64,000 bases of DNA from a virus. The notes beneath the pieces are model-generated. The model was not told where the DNA came from. It saw nothing but the letters and a program-made list of their open reading frames with translations, and did not search any database. Shown here piece after piece: positions 27,146 through 36,424 of the stretch. The stretch's first letter is position 1. Every line of letters begins with the position of its first letter. The stretch spans positions 71,565 to 135,564 of the IMG/VR virus record IMGVR_UViG_3300015242_000020, one strand, 5' to 3'. The translations under genes and the position numbers were made by a program.

Positions 27146-29284
27146 TCAGCGACGACGACCGGCAATGCCCCGTGCGGGAGAGGAAACGGTCTGCGGTGCC
27201 CCCCGGCTGGACCGGGAGAAAGCGTCGGAGATCTCCCCGAGATCGTTATTACCGGCACCGTGACTCGTCATGCTGGAGTACGCATTGGTGCCACCTCGCT
27301 GACCACCGGCGATACCGAGCGCGGCCAGCTCCATCCCGATCTCTTCGGCCACCTCGCGGCCGATCAGCTTCCACACTATCTCGCAGACCGCGTCGAAGGT
27401 GTCCTTGGACTGCACCGGACCGGAGGAGGGGTGATCCACCCGGCGTCCCTTCATCTGCAGGAAGCGCATCTCCAGCTCCGCCCGCGCGCTGGGCTCGTGC
27501 GGCTGGCCATGCTGATCGAGCATCGGAGCGTGCACCCGGCCCAGGTTGATCGCGGACTTGAAGATCTCCGCCTTGACCCAGTTGGTCTTCTCGGTGACCT
27601 GCACCTCATAGACATCGGTGCGCTTGGGCTTCTTCGCCTCCACCACATGCCGGCGGATGTGGGCGATCGAGCTGGCCGAGTTCCACGGGTCGAAGGTCTG
27701 CTCGATCGGCAGGAAGCTGTCTACGTACTGACAGATCTGGTCTTCCACCTGCAGGTAGTCGATCCGGTGATCCTCAAACGTGGCCGGCTCCCAGCAGTCG
27801 ATCACATCGATGACCACATGCTTGGTCAGATCTGTCTTGATACTGCCGTCGGGCAGCGTACGGAGGGACTCAGCGATCTCGACGTGCCCGATGGCGTAGC
27901 CGAAGGCGTCGTTAACCAGCCCAGGATCGCCATGGGCGACATAATCGATGCTCATCGGTCCCTGGAGCTGGATGCGTAGCTCCTCGCCCTGCCACGGGCC
28001 AAACACGGCCGAGACCATCTTCTCATCCAGGTAGGAGTCCAGGATGGCTGCCCAACGGGATCTGCGCTCTACCCGGAAATTATCCGGGTTGGACTTCTCC
28101 AGCTGCTGCATGTTGCCGTCATAGGACTGGATCGCCGATCGCTTGTGTGCGAAGTGTGGGGTGGGCATCTCCACCTCGACCGGCACCTTCTTGCGCACGA
28201 ACGCGGAGATGTCCTCCTCGATGTAGACCATCATCGTGCGGGCCGGCCGGGTAATGATCTTCTCGGCACGCTCCCAGTCCTGATAGGGGTCCCAGGACTC
28301 CAGCTGGACCATGAACTTCTCGGGAAAGCTCGGGGAGCCATCAGCCTCCTTGGCGATCGACTCCTCCCACATCTCGTAGTACCGGCCGGCCATCTGCCAC
28401 GGGCTGGAGCCGGCGAAGATGAACGCGTCCACACCGAACTGGTCCAGAGACGGGGTCGCGCTGGCGTAGACCTCACCAGCGGACCTATTCACGCCGGTGG
28501 CCACCACGTGGGCCATCTCGTCGTAGTGCTGCATATAGGCCGCCGGGCCACGAGCAGCCATCAGGCTCGACTCGCGCGGCACAATCTCAAAGGTAGCCTG
28601 ATCCGAGTCAGACTCCACCCCGCGCAGTGCCTGGCGCTGAGCGCGCAGGATGTCACTGGGCGCGTAGATGGTGAGGATCTCCCCGAGCTGCCGGGAGATG
28701 TAGGGACCGAAGCAGGGTGCACCGGAGACCACCGAGACGATGTCGCGCCACTGGTTCTCCTTGGCCTGCTGCCGCTTGCCAGCGAAGGTGATCGCCATCA
28801 GCTTCTTGGATCGCTCGATGCCGTAGTACGCCTGCGGGCCGCCGGGCTTGTGCATGTAGTGCCAGGTCACATACGAGCCACTCAGCGCCCCGAGGTAGCC
28901 CTTGGAGCCACGGCGGCCGACCACGGCCACGATCTCCCGGAACCACGGCCGGCCCTGGGCCTTACAGATCTTGATGCGCTCCAGCAGGTCGGGCTGACAG
29001 CCGTGGTATCCGGTTCGGGCGAAGTCCTCTCCCCACTGTCCGATGACGTCGTAGTCGAACGGGGTGAACAGCTCGTCCTGCAGGAACATCGCCTTGAGCA
29101 TGGTGGCTTGGCGTGGGTAGATGCCCGGCTGATCGAGGTAGGTGTCGGAGAGGATGAACTCCATGACGTCCGGGATCCGCTGCGAAGATAGAAATATCTC
29201 CGACACCTGCAGCGGATCAAGCAGCGCGAGCGGAGCCTTGGCCCCGCGCCGCCGCAGGTTACGGACGGCGAGCGGCCCGCTCAT
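27146..29284 (-). CDS. terL: Terminase large subunit
   Basis: YPRQ motif; Walker A VGRRGSKG; Walker B HYDEMAH; nuclease VAHGDPG, TFDPWN, KDTFDA. Confidence 0.88.
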   Translation of the reverse strand: MSGPLAVRNLRRRGAKAPLALLDPLQVSEIFLSSQRIPDVMEFILSDTYLDQPGIYPRQATMLKAMFLQDELFTPFDYDVIGQWGEDFARTGYHGCQPDLLERIKICKAQGRPWFREIVAVVGRRGSKGYLGALSGSYVTWHYMHKPGGPQAYYGIERSKKLMAITFAGKRQQAKENQWRDIVSVVSGAPCFGPYISRQLGEILTIYAPSDILRAQRQALRGVESDSDQATFEIVPRESSLMAARGPAAYMQHYDEMAHVVATGVNRSAGEVYASATPSLDQFGVDAFIFAGSSPWQMAGRYYEMWEESIAKEADGSPSFPEKFMVQLESWDPYQDWERAEKIITRPARTMMVYIEEDISAFVRKKVPVEVEMPTPHFAHKRSAIQSYDGNMQQLEKSNPDNFRVERRSRWAAILDSYLDEKMVSAVFGPWQGEELRIQLQGPMSIDYVAHGDPGLVNDAFGYAIGHVEIAESLRTLPDGSIKTDLTKHVVIDVIDCWEPATFEDHRIDYLQVEDQICQYVDSFLPIEQTFDPWNSASSIAHIRRHVVEAKKPKRTDVYEVQVTEKTNWVKAEIFKSAINLGRVHAPMLDQHGQPHEPSARAELEMRFLQMKGRRVDHPSSGPVQSKDTFDAVCEIVWKLIGREVAEEIGMELAALGIAGGQRGGTNAYSSMTSHGAGNNDLGEISDAFSRSSRGAPQTVSSPARGIAGRRR

Positions 29285-29510
29285 TGGAAGATGATCGCGA
29301 CCGCAAACTCGGCCGAGTCCTCTAGATCGAGGGTGGCGATGATGTGGGTCCGGGTGGCGTCATAGAGCGGAGTCCACGGGTCCTCCTGCTCGGACACACC
29401 CACCACCGGGAAAGGCTCGCCCACGTCGGTGACCGTGACCTCCCACGAGGTGGGCACCTTGCGGTCCTTGCGCGCCCATGCCGTGTAGCTAGGGAACGGA
29501 TTCTCCTCGG

Positions 29511-29918
29511 TCATGCCGATCCCTTCGGCGTCCACAGCGGGCTGGACGCGGCAGTCCCCGGCATCGCCACCGGAACCGCGTCGGTGCCCAGCGGCTGGTC
29601 CTTGCCGAGGATGTTGCGCTGGACCTCCCAGCGGTGCTGGTCGTGGTCGTGCTCAGACTCCGGGCTGATCCGGCCATCGATGCGGATCTCTGGTCCCCAG
29701 GCCGGCGTGCCGTCGGCGGCCACGTAGGGCTGGATCGCCACCAGGCTGGCCCGCAGGCCGATCTCGGCGAACCGGTCGATGATCTCGGACTCGATGCGCT
29801 CCCAGTCCTTCATGCCGTGGGTCATCTGCCCGACCTTGGCGTTCAGCGCCGGCAGCACGTAGTTGTTGATCCTCACCAGGTCGCTGTCATACAGATCTAC
29901 ATCCACAGTCACGCTCAA
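29511..29918 (-). CDS. Conserved hypothetical protein
   Basis: 135-aa ORF upstream of terminase. Confidence 0.6.
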   Translation of the reverse strand: MSVTVDVDLYDSDLVRINNYVLPALNAKVGQMTHGMKDWERIESEIIDRFAEIGLRASLVAIQPYVAADGTPAWGPEIRIDGRISPESEHDHDQHRWEVQRNILGKDQPLGTDAVPVAMPGTAASSPLWTPKGSA

Positions 29919-29976
29919 CGTGCACCCCTGTCTCAGAACTATCTCTGCAATCTTTAGGGCGCCGTCTCAGACATGC

Positions 29977-30008
29977 AGAGAGGGCCCGAGTTGCCCCGGG
30001 CCCTCTCT
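29977..30008. terminator. Hairpin, putative terminator
   Basis: 12-bp stem AGAGAGGGCCCG/CGGGCCCTCTCT downstream of the DUF932 gene. Confidence 0.65.
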
Positions 30009-30038
30009 CGTACTTCCCCTGATGTAATTCAGACTACC

Positions 30039-31073
30039 TTAGTGATCAGTCCGGCTGCGGCAATGGCCACAACGCGGCTCGGCGGACAGGATCACCGCAC
30101 CACCCACCCGCTCCAGCGCAAGCCGGCCACCGTCGTTACGGATCCGGGGGTCGTTGGCGAAGTTGGTGATCAGGTTGACCAGGTCGAACTGGGTCGGCTC
30201 GTCAACCAGCTCCTCTGAGGCGGCCAGCGTCTCCAGCGCGTCCAGGGAGCGCTGCGGAATGCCGTAGTCCCGGGCGAAGGCACGCAGCGCCCGCTCCGGA
30301 TTCTCCACCCGCTCCTCACGCAGGTTGTAGAAGTGCTGGATCTGACGCTCGACCCGGGAGAAGGCCAGCTCGGCGGCGGCCTCCAGCTCGGCGAGCACCT
30401 CTTCCAGTGACTGGCCCCGCGCGTCGACCTTGAGGCCGGCATCGCGGGAGCGCATCCCGTTGGTGCATTCCAGCCGATAGAGGTAAGTCTCCACCGACGG
30501 GGCGTGGTTCAGCTTGCGGTTGTGGGTGAAGGAGACCCCGCCGGCCGTGATGTCGCCGACCTTGAGGTCCCCGCCGATGCCCTGGTCGTAGCCGGTGGGC
30601 ACGTGTACGTCGAAGGCGAACTCGCTGGGCTGGTCGATCAGCCGGACCACCTCAGCGTCGGTGGTGCCCAGGACGCGCTCGGCGACATCGACCAACTGCA
30701 GCGGCTCGATGGTCTGCTGGGAGGGGGAGTGCACGCTCAGGATCCGGGCGTCGTTGAAGCCGACGCGGATCGCTCCGCGTGTGGCCTGCACCCACTGCTG
30801 CAGGATCTCACCCTGAGACCCCACGCCGAAGGTCTCACCGACCCGGTTGAAGTACGGGATCGGGATCCGGAAGTAGTCGGCCCAGACGCTCAGGCCGCCG
30901 TCGCTGGCAGGGATGTCCTTGCCGCTGATGGTGAAGTGCGGGTCGGCATCACCGAGGTGAAAGCCGACGTCATCGAGCGAAAGATCTTCGTAGGTCACCC
31001 CCTTGGTCTTCTCCCGAAGGTCGTCCTTCAGCTGGGAGATCGTGATGGAGGTGGTCGAGCGCTGCATGGGCAT
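30039..31073 (-). CDS. DUF932-family protein
   Basis: ETYLYRLECTNGM signature; ATG 31073 after GAAGGGA. Confidence 0.75.
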   Translation of the reverse strand: MPMQRSTTSITISQLKDDLREKTKGVTYEDLSLDDVGFHLGDADPHFTISGKDIPASDGGLSVWADYFRIPIPYFNRVGETFGVGSQGEILQQWVQATRGAIRVGFNDARILSVHSPSQQTIEPLQLVDVAERVLGTTDAEVVRLIDQPSEFAFDVHVPTGYDQGIGGDLKVGDITAGGVSFTHNRKLNHAPSVETYLYRLECTNGMRSRDAGLKVDARGQSLEEVLAELEAAAELAFSRVERQIQHFYNLREERVENPERALRAFARDYGIPQRSLDALETLAASEELVDEPTQFDLVNLITNFANDPRIRNDGGRLALERVGGAVILSAEPRCGHCRSRTDH

Positions 31074-31151
31074 GGGTGCATCCCTTCGGGGTGGTGAAGC
31101 TGGCATAGTTCTATCACCATGTGCAGTTATAGGCAAGCTTAGAGCTACAGG

Positions 31152-31766
31152 TTAGCTTATAGAGCCGACACTCTGCGACCGGTACCGCTGCACCAGACCC
31201 TGCAGCACCGCGTTGGAGGACAGCGACTGCCCGAACGCGGCGAACTGCTCGGGGCTCATCATGGCCTGCGCGGTCTCCATGTAGACGATGAACGCCTCGA
31301 CGTAGGAGGCCTTATCGGTCTGCTCGTCATTGACGCCGGTCTGCTGCAGGATCTTGGCCGCCGCGATGCCATCGGCCACCGTGGGCTCCAGCTTGCCCTC
31401 AGCGATCGCCTGGAAGGAGCGCTGCACCACCACCCGGGCCAGCGCCACGCCGTCGGCAATCTGATCGGCACCGTCCTCGATGGCCTGCCCCAGCTCGACC
31501 TGACGATCCTCGATGATCTTGCGGATTGCGGCCTGCCGCAGCGGCATGTGGTTGCCCCGAAAGTGCGCCGAGAGGTGCTTGCCCTCCAGCTCGGCATCCT
31601 CCGGCAGGCCGGCAGCGATCGTGGAGTAGTGCTGGCCGGTGGAGATCGCAGCCTCCACCTCGGCCCGGTACGGGCTGGCGCAGACCACGCAGTTGGCCCG
31701 GAATTTCCGGGGGTAGACGTTGCCCCCGATCCGGTAGGCCATCAGGCCCAGCGACGGATCACTCAT
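31152..31766 (-). CDS. Zn/HTH protein, possible terminase small subunit
   Basis: CVVC.SP.R.E.E...YSTIA...LSAH...H; function inferred only. Confidence 0.5.
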   Translation of the reverse strand: MSDPSLGLMAYRIGGNVYPRKFRANCVVCASPYRAEVEAAISTGQHYSTIAAGLPEDAELEGKHLSAHFRGNHMPLRQAAIRKIIEDRQVELGQAIEDGADQIADGVALARVVVQRSFQAIAEGKLEPTVADGIAAAKILQQTGVNDEQTDKASYVEAFIVYMETAQAMMSPEQFAAFGQSLSSNAVLQGLVQRYRSQSVGSIS

Positions 31767-32181
31767 CGCCTTCCCGCCGATCCCAGCCCTCAGACGCAAT
31801 GAACGCGTGCAGTGAGTCACCGGGCTGGCCCAGGTTGGCGCCGGGAGGCCACGCCATGTCGGTGTTGGTCGAGGGAGACTGTGACTTGGGCATCCGGGAC
31901 TGCAGGCCCCGGGAGACACCCTCGCGGCTGTTCATCTCCGGCCGGCCCGGATTGGTGGCTCGGTGATAGATACCCAACCGGTTGGCCGAGTCCGGTACGC
32001 CGCCGGGCACATAGATCTCGTGCCGACGCCGGTCCTTTTCTTTCCACGGGGTGAGGATGTCGTTCTCGGAGTGTCGTTTGATCTTGCGCACCTCGGCGTA
32101 GATGATCTCATCGGCCGCGTCCTCCAGCGGCCGGTGCACGCCGTAGCGCATCCGCATGTTCTTGCGCTCGGGACCGGTCAT
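31759..32181 (-). CDS. Hypothetical protein
   Basis: ATGA overlap. Confidence 0.55.
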   Translation of the reverse strand: MTGPERKNMRMRYGVHRPLEDAADEIIYAEVRKIKRHSENDILTPWKEKDRRRHEIYVPGGVPDSANRLGIYHRATNPGRPEMNSREGVSRGLQSRMPKSQSPSTNTDMAWPPGANLGQPGDSLHAFIASEGWDRREGDE

Positions 32182-32765
32182 GGTGCCATCGCCTCCTGAG
32201 GCTGGGCGAGGAGCGGATAGTCCAGCACCACGGGAGTGCCCTCGATGATGTAGGTGACCTGCACGGTGATCTGCGGTGAGGACACCGGCGCCACGATCTC
32301 GATGTGGAGGGGTACCAGGTCGGGCTCGGGCATGTCGACGTCGAACTCGAAGTCACAGCCGGGCAGCTCGCGATTACGGGCCATGGACAGCAATTTGATC
32401 AGGCCGACCGTGGCGTAGATGGCTACCGAGGTGTGCTTGCCTCGGCCGACCCCCAGCGCCTGGGCGGTCTCGCGCTCGAAAAGGTTGCCGTATAGGAAGA
32501 GTTCAATGCAGCGGCGCTGCTGCTCGGGCAGCAGCCGGCGGTAGTCGTAGAACCGCTCAATGTCCCACAGCACCCAGTCCCGGCCATCGACGGACGGCAA
32601 GATCTCCAGGGTGGAGTCCTCCTCGTAGGAGGAGCGCCATTGCTGCAGGTTCCGGATTAGCCGACGGAACTGGTCGACGGTCCTGCCGCAGGGCTCGCAG
32701 GTGCCTTTACCGTCGTTGTCCCCCCCGCAGATCGGGCATCCATCCGGGTACGAGAAGTGCCCCAA
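32178..32765 (-). CDS. Sigma-70 region-4-like DNA-binding protein with N-terminal Zn finger
   Basis: LPEQQRRCIELF...ERETAQALGV...SV; CPIC...CEPC. Confidence 0.65.
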   Translation of the reverse strand: MGHFSYPDGCPICGGDNDGKGTCEPCGRTVDQFRRLIRNLQQWRSSYEEDSTLEILPSVDGRDWVLWDIERFYDYRRLLPEQQRRCIELFLYGNLFERETAQALGVGRGKHTSVAIYATVGLIKLLSMARNRELPGCDFEFDVDMPEPDLVPLHIEIVAPVSSPQITVQVTYIIEGTPVVLDYPLLAQPQEAMAP

Positions 32766-32906
32766 GGTCTACTGCCTGTCACTCTCCCCGGCGATTGAGC
32801 TGCCCCCTGTAGGCGGGGGGATCACGTTCAGTGATCTTTCGGCGAGGTTAGATCGGACAGGGCGGTACAAGCAAGCTTTCCTGGAGTTACGGGTGTGTCT
32901 CGTGTG

Positions 32907-33593
32907 TCAGGACTGCAGTGTCTCAGCGAGGCGACGGCTCAACATCTCCATTGACCGAACTATTGCTTCGGCCTTTCGAGAAATAGCAGCCATATATACC
33001 GCGAAATATCTTTCCTCGGCAGACTTTCGGTTGGCGTGGGCGGTCCGATCATCCACAGTGCCGCCGATTCCCTCGGTGTAGCCGATCGCATGCGCCTCGG
33101 TCCACTCCGCCTTGGCGAACATCGACTCGGCCCACAGATTGGCGGAGTACTGGCTCCATTCGAAGACCTGGGTGGTGATCCGGAAGAGGAAATTCTCCTT
33201 CTCCCGGCTGGTCAACCTCGTCCAGTCCTCGATCGGCGCGCCAGAGCGAGTGCGCTTCCAGACCGGCAGCCCGTTGATGTCCTTGCGGAACTCACCGGTT
33301 TTCTCGTCCACCTCCTGCTCGCGAACCAGGACGTAGAGATCGAACATCACCGCGTAGGCCCCGGCGAAGTCCTCCTGCAGCTTCTGATCGACCGCGATCC
33401 GCAGCGCCGTCATCTGCATGACGTCTTCCTTGGTCCAGTCGATGCGCATGCGGCTGAACGAGAGCCTGCCGTACCGGGCGTCCTCCTCCGGCAGGTCATT
33501 GTCGGGCTCGGCCAACAGCTCCTCGGCGGCCTCCTCAGCGGCCTCGTTGGCCCCGGTCTTGCCGCTCTTACGGACCCGATCCAGCGTGGGCAT
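32907..33593 (-). CDS. Conserved helical protein in recombination block
   Basis: 228-aa ORF; GAGGA RBS. Confidence 0.65.
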   Translation of the reverse strand: MPTLDRVRKSGKTGANEAAEEAAEELLAEPDNDLPEEDARYGRLSFSRMRIDWTKEDVMQMTALRIAVDQKLQEDFAGAYAVMFDLYVLVREQEVDEKTGEFRKDINGLPVWKRTRSGAPIEDWTRLTSREKENFLFRITTQVFEWSQYSANLWAESMFAKAEWTEAHAIGYTEGIGGTVDDRTAHANRKSAEERYFAVYMAAISRKAEAIVRSMEMLSRRLAETLQS

Positions 33594-33595
33594 CC

Positions 33596-34186
33596 TCAGT
33601 CCTCTCCCCGAGCCAGCGCGGTGATCGCCAGCGCCAGTGCGTCGTATTGGTGTTCGCGGTAGGTACTGGACTCAATCACGTCCAGGCCGGCGATCCAGCT
33701 GGCGCCCTTCAGCGCGGCCGGAATCCGGTCTTTCTTGGCGTTCGGATTGCCGGTCAGGGTGTTGGCCGCCCGCTGCTTGGAGATCATCCAGATCGGTACC
33801 TCCGGACAGAGCAGCAGGTTCAAGATCCGCACCGACATGCCGGCCATGATCGAGGCGTCGGGTCGGGACAGACCCTTGGTGCTCGGCATCTCGTGCACGA
33901 TCACGTCGAACTCGCCGGCATGCTCCAGCAGGATCGGGATCATGTGCTCGGCCATCTGGACCTGGCCGGCGTAGTTGCTGCGCCAGCCGGTCTGCTGTCC
34001 CGCCTTGGTGCGCAGCGTGATGGAGTGCCGAATCTCGGGGATCTCCTCACGCCCATCGAGCAGCACCACTCCGGTGTTGCGTAGCCCCTGGTCGAACGCC
34101 AGCACCCGGATGCGTCGGGTCAGCTTCGGGATGAACTCTCCCGGCGAGACATAGCCGGGGGCGCGGAAATCAGCCAGCTGCGACAT
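33596..34186 (-). CDS. RuvC-like Holliday junction resolvase
   Basis: VLAFDQGLRNTG, VHEMP, TGNPNAKK, HQYDALALA. Confidence 0.8.
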   Translation of the reverse strand: MSQLADFRAPGYVSPGEFIPKLTRRIRVLAFDQGLRNTGVVLLDGREEIPEIRHSITLRTKAGQQTGWRSNYAGQVQMAEHMIPILLEHAGEFDVIVHEMPSTKGLSRPDASIMAGMSVRILNLLLCPEVPIWMISKQRAANTLTGNPNAKKDRIPAALKGASWIAGLDVIESSTYREHQYDALALAITALARGED

Positions 34187-35018
34187 TGGTGCCTCCGCAC
34201 AGGAATCGGGCCCGGCACTTGGTGCGCTCCTTGGAGCTGCACCAGCAGTGTCCAGGGGACTGGTCGGCCACCGCCTGGCGGACAGCGGCGAGCTTCTCCC
34301 AGATCTTGTCCACGTAGCTAGGGTCGTAGGGGACATGGAACTCTCGGGTCTCCCAGGGGTAGCCCAGGATGATGAACACGACGATGGTGCGCCGCCGACC
34401 GGACATTTTCATGTAGCACTGGTCCTGGGCGTAGTACTCGGGAAACTTGACCTTGAAGCCCTCGGTGTCCAGGTCCTCTAGGCCGCGCACCTTCATGCCG
34501 CCGAATTCTCCAGCCGTCTTCAGCTCGAAGAGGTCGCCGCCGCGCGGCTCACCGGGTAGCGCCAGGATCCCGTCCATGTGTCCACGCATGCCGACCTCTT
34601 CGTCGATCACACCGGGCTCGGCGCAGCGAAGAGCCGGCGGGCAGACGGTGCATTTCTGCAGGTCCTTGGGCAGCAGGCCCAGCTCGGCCAGCGCGCTCTG
34701 CACATAGACGTGCCCCATCGAGCCGAAATCCCGGGACATGGTCAGGGCATAGTGCGGCTTGTCCGGGGTGAGGTTTTCCGGCTCGGCCAGGTAGTGATAG
34801 AGCGACCGCTCACTCCACAGTGGATGGGTGGAGGGGTGAAACCAGCCATCACCCGGAGCTTTGTCCAGTGGGTGCGGACGGAGTTTGACGTTGACTCGGG
34901 GGGTGTTGCCGGCGTCGAAGTAGTTGCGGAGCTGCGGGGTGAGTAGCAGTCCACTATGGACCTGTTTGAGGACCTGGGTGAGGTCCATCCCGGCCCTGAT
35001 CTCATCAACGCTGGTCAC
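34170..35018 (-). CDS. Cas4/RecB-like PD-(D/E)XK exonuclease
   Basis: FHPS, GSMGH, GHMDG...FELKT, QxQCY, C-terminal Cys cluster. Confidence 0.8.
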   Translation of the reverse strand: MTSVDEIRAGMDLTQVLKQVHSGLLLTPQLRNYFDAGNTPRVNVKLRPHPLDKAPGDGWFHPSTHPLWSERSLYHYLAEPENLTPDKPHYALTMSRDFGSMGHVYVQSALAELGLLPKDLQKCTVCPPALRCAEPGVIDEEVGMRGHMDGILALPGEPRGGDLFELKTAGEFGGMKVRGLEDLDTEGFKVKFPEYYAQDQCYMKMSGRRRTIVVFIILGYPWETREFHVPYDPSYVDKIWEKLAAVRQAVADQSPGHCWCSSKERTKCRARFLCGGTNVAAG

Positions 35019-35394
35019 GGAGAGCCTCCAGCTCTACCCGCAGGGAGACAGCCTCATTGGCGGCGGCCTGCATCTCGGCGAAGTCATCGAGACTGCAGAC
35101 CACCAGGTCCAGGGATTCGGTTAGCCGGGCGTTGAGATAAAACCGGATCGGGATCAGCGGCTTGGCCCAGTGCGCCTGTTCGATGATCTTGTCCCACATC
35201 GCCCGCGAGATCGAGATGCTGGATGCGCCGGTGCTTTTCCCGTCCCAGGAGTAGACCCATTCTCCTGAGCCGTAGGCCTGCTTGCCGTCGGTCTGATCGC
35301 TCCAGTGGCTGCCGGATCCCTTGGTCTTGCGACCATCGAGCACCGAGGCGAGATGGTCCTCGTGACGTGAACTCATATCGCGGGTCGTCTTCAT
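35005..35394 (-). CDS. Small PD-(D/E)XK nuclease / Hjc-like resolvase
   Basis: HEDHLA...GRKTKGSG...DGK...WDGKST; ATG 35394. Confidence 0.7.
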   Translation of the reverse strand: MKTTRDMSSRHEDHLASVLDGRKTKGSGSHWSDQTDGKQAYGSGEWVYSWDGKSTGASSISISRAMWDKIIEQAHWAKPLIPIRFYLNARLTESLDLVVCSLDDFAEMQAAANEAVSLRVELEALRDQR

Positions 35395-36098
35395 CAGAAT
35401 GCGGCCGAAGCGGTGAGCACCGCGTTGACGTAATCGGCGATCGCGGTGTTGGGTGGAGTGGTTTTGGCGTACCAGGAGGCCGCCGAGGTGGGGGAATTGT
35501 GCTGGGCGATCGAACAGGCGATCTGCAGCTTGGCGCCCTTGCCGGCATAGTTCTGCCAGGCGGTGGCGAATCTGGCGGCGGTCTGTGGGATCGACCAGTG
35601 ATAGTCGAACGCCTCGTCGTACGGCGTGCTGTTCCACTGGTCCAGGCCCTTGTCGCCGGGGGTGGTGTAGCCGACCGCGCCCGGGTCGTATCCGGACTCG
35701 TGGAACATGATGCCGCCGGTGTAGTTGCCGGACAGACCATGCGCAGCCTCGCTGAGGACCACCAGAGGCCGCCAGAACGCCTTGGCGGTGGCTGGACCTA
35801 CAGCACCGTCCACGGCGAGGTGCAGCTTCGCCTGGGCGTACCGCACGGCCGAGTCGGTGAGAGTCCCGAACCAGCCGTCGACCACCAGCTTGCTGTTGAC
35901 CAGCTCGTTGCATCGGGACTGGATGGCCTTCACGCCCCAGTTGACCGCCCGGAAGTTGTTGCAGGACTGATCCAGGTGGGCATCCTGGACGGCGTTGCTG
36001 CCCACGTAGGGGGTGTTGGCCGGCGGCAACTGGTAGTAGACGCCGGGGTATCCCATGCCGGTCTGGCTCCAGGCCCCGCGTCCGGTGGTGATCGTCAT
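35394..36098 (-). CDS. Endolysin-like protein: peptidoglycan-binding domain + lytic transglycosylase-like domain
   Basis: LVVDGWFGTLTDSAV...LAVDGAVGPAT; HESGYDPGAV...KGLDQ...AQHN. Confidence 0.8.
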   Translation of the reverse strand: MTITTGRGAWSQTGMGYPGVYYQLPPANTPYVGSNAVQDAHLDQSCNNFRAVNWGVKAIQSRCNELVNSKLVVDGWFGTLTDSAVRYAQAKLHLAVDGAVGPATAKAFWRPLVVLSEAAHGLSGNYTGGIMFHESGYDPGAVGYTTPGDKGLDQWNSTPYDEAFDYHWSIPQTAARFATAWQNYAGKGAKLQIACSIAQHNSPTSAASWYAKTTPPNTAIADYVNAVLTASAAF

Positions 36099-36424
36099 GA
36101 TGGGTCCTCTACTAGGGGGATTGCAACGGGGAGTGTTTTCAGGGCGTAGCGCATCTGCTGGTGATTGATCCAGCCGTATGCCTGCCGGATCGCTTCTTCT
36201 CGGGTCGATGCATTGCCCAGGAAAAGCGGATGATTCCTGGGCGCGTGGTCCTGCCAGATGTTCCATCGCCAGCGCATCTCAGGATCTGTTTCCTCGCCGA
36301 AATAGATAATCTCGACCTCACACTGCAGTGCATAAATGGTGTGTCGGTCCTCGTGATCCTGCTGTTCCTTGACCGCCATCGCGATCTGGGCCCGCAGTCC
36401 CCGATCGGTGATCAATCGGATCAC
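36095..36424 (-). CDS. Hypothetical protein
   Basis: Overlaps both neighbours. Confidence 0.55.
   Translation of the reverse strand: MIRLITDRGLRAQIAMAVKEQQDHEDRHTIYALQCEVEIIYFGEETDPEMRWRWNIWQDHAPRNHPLFLGNASTREEAIRQAYGWINHQQMRYALKTLPVAIPLVEDPS

Noticed and set aside
34170-35018. Cas4-like nuclease (and DinG at 53260) suggesting CRISPR-Cas or type IV systems
   Set aside because: No repeat-spacer array or other cas genes; both are common stand-alone phage genes.
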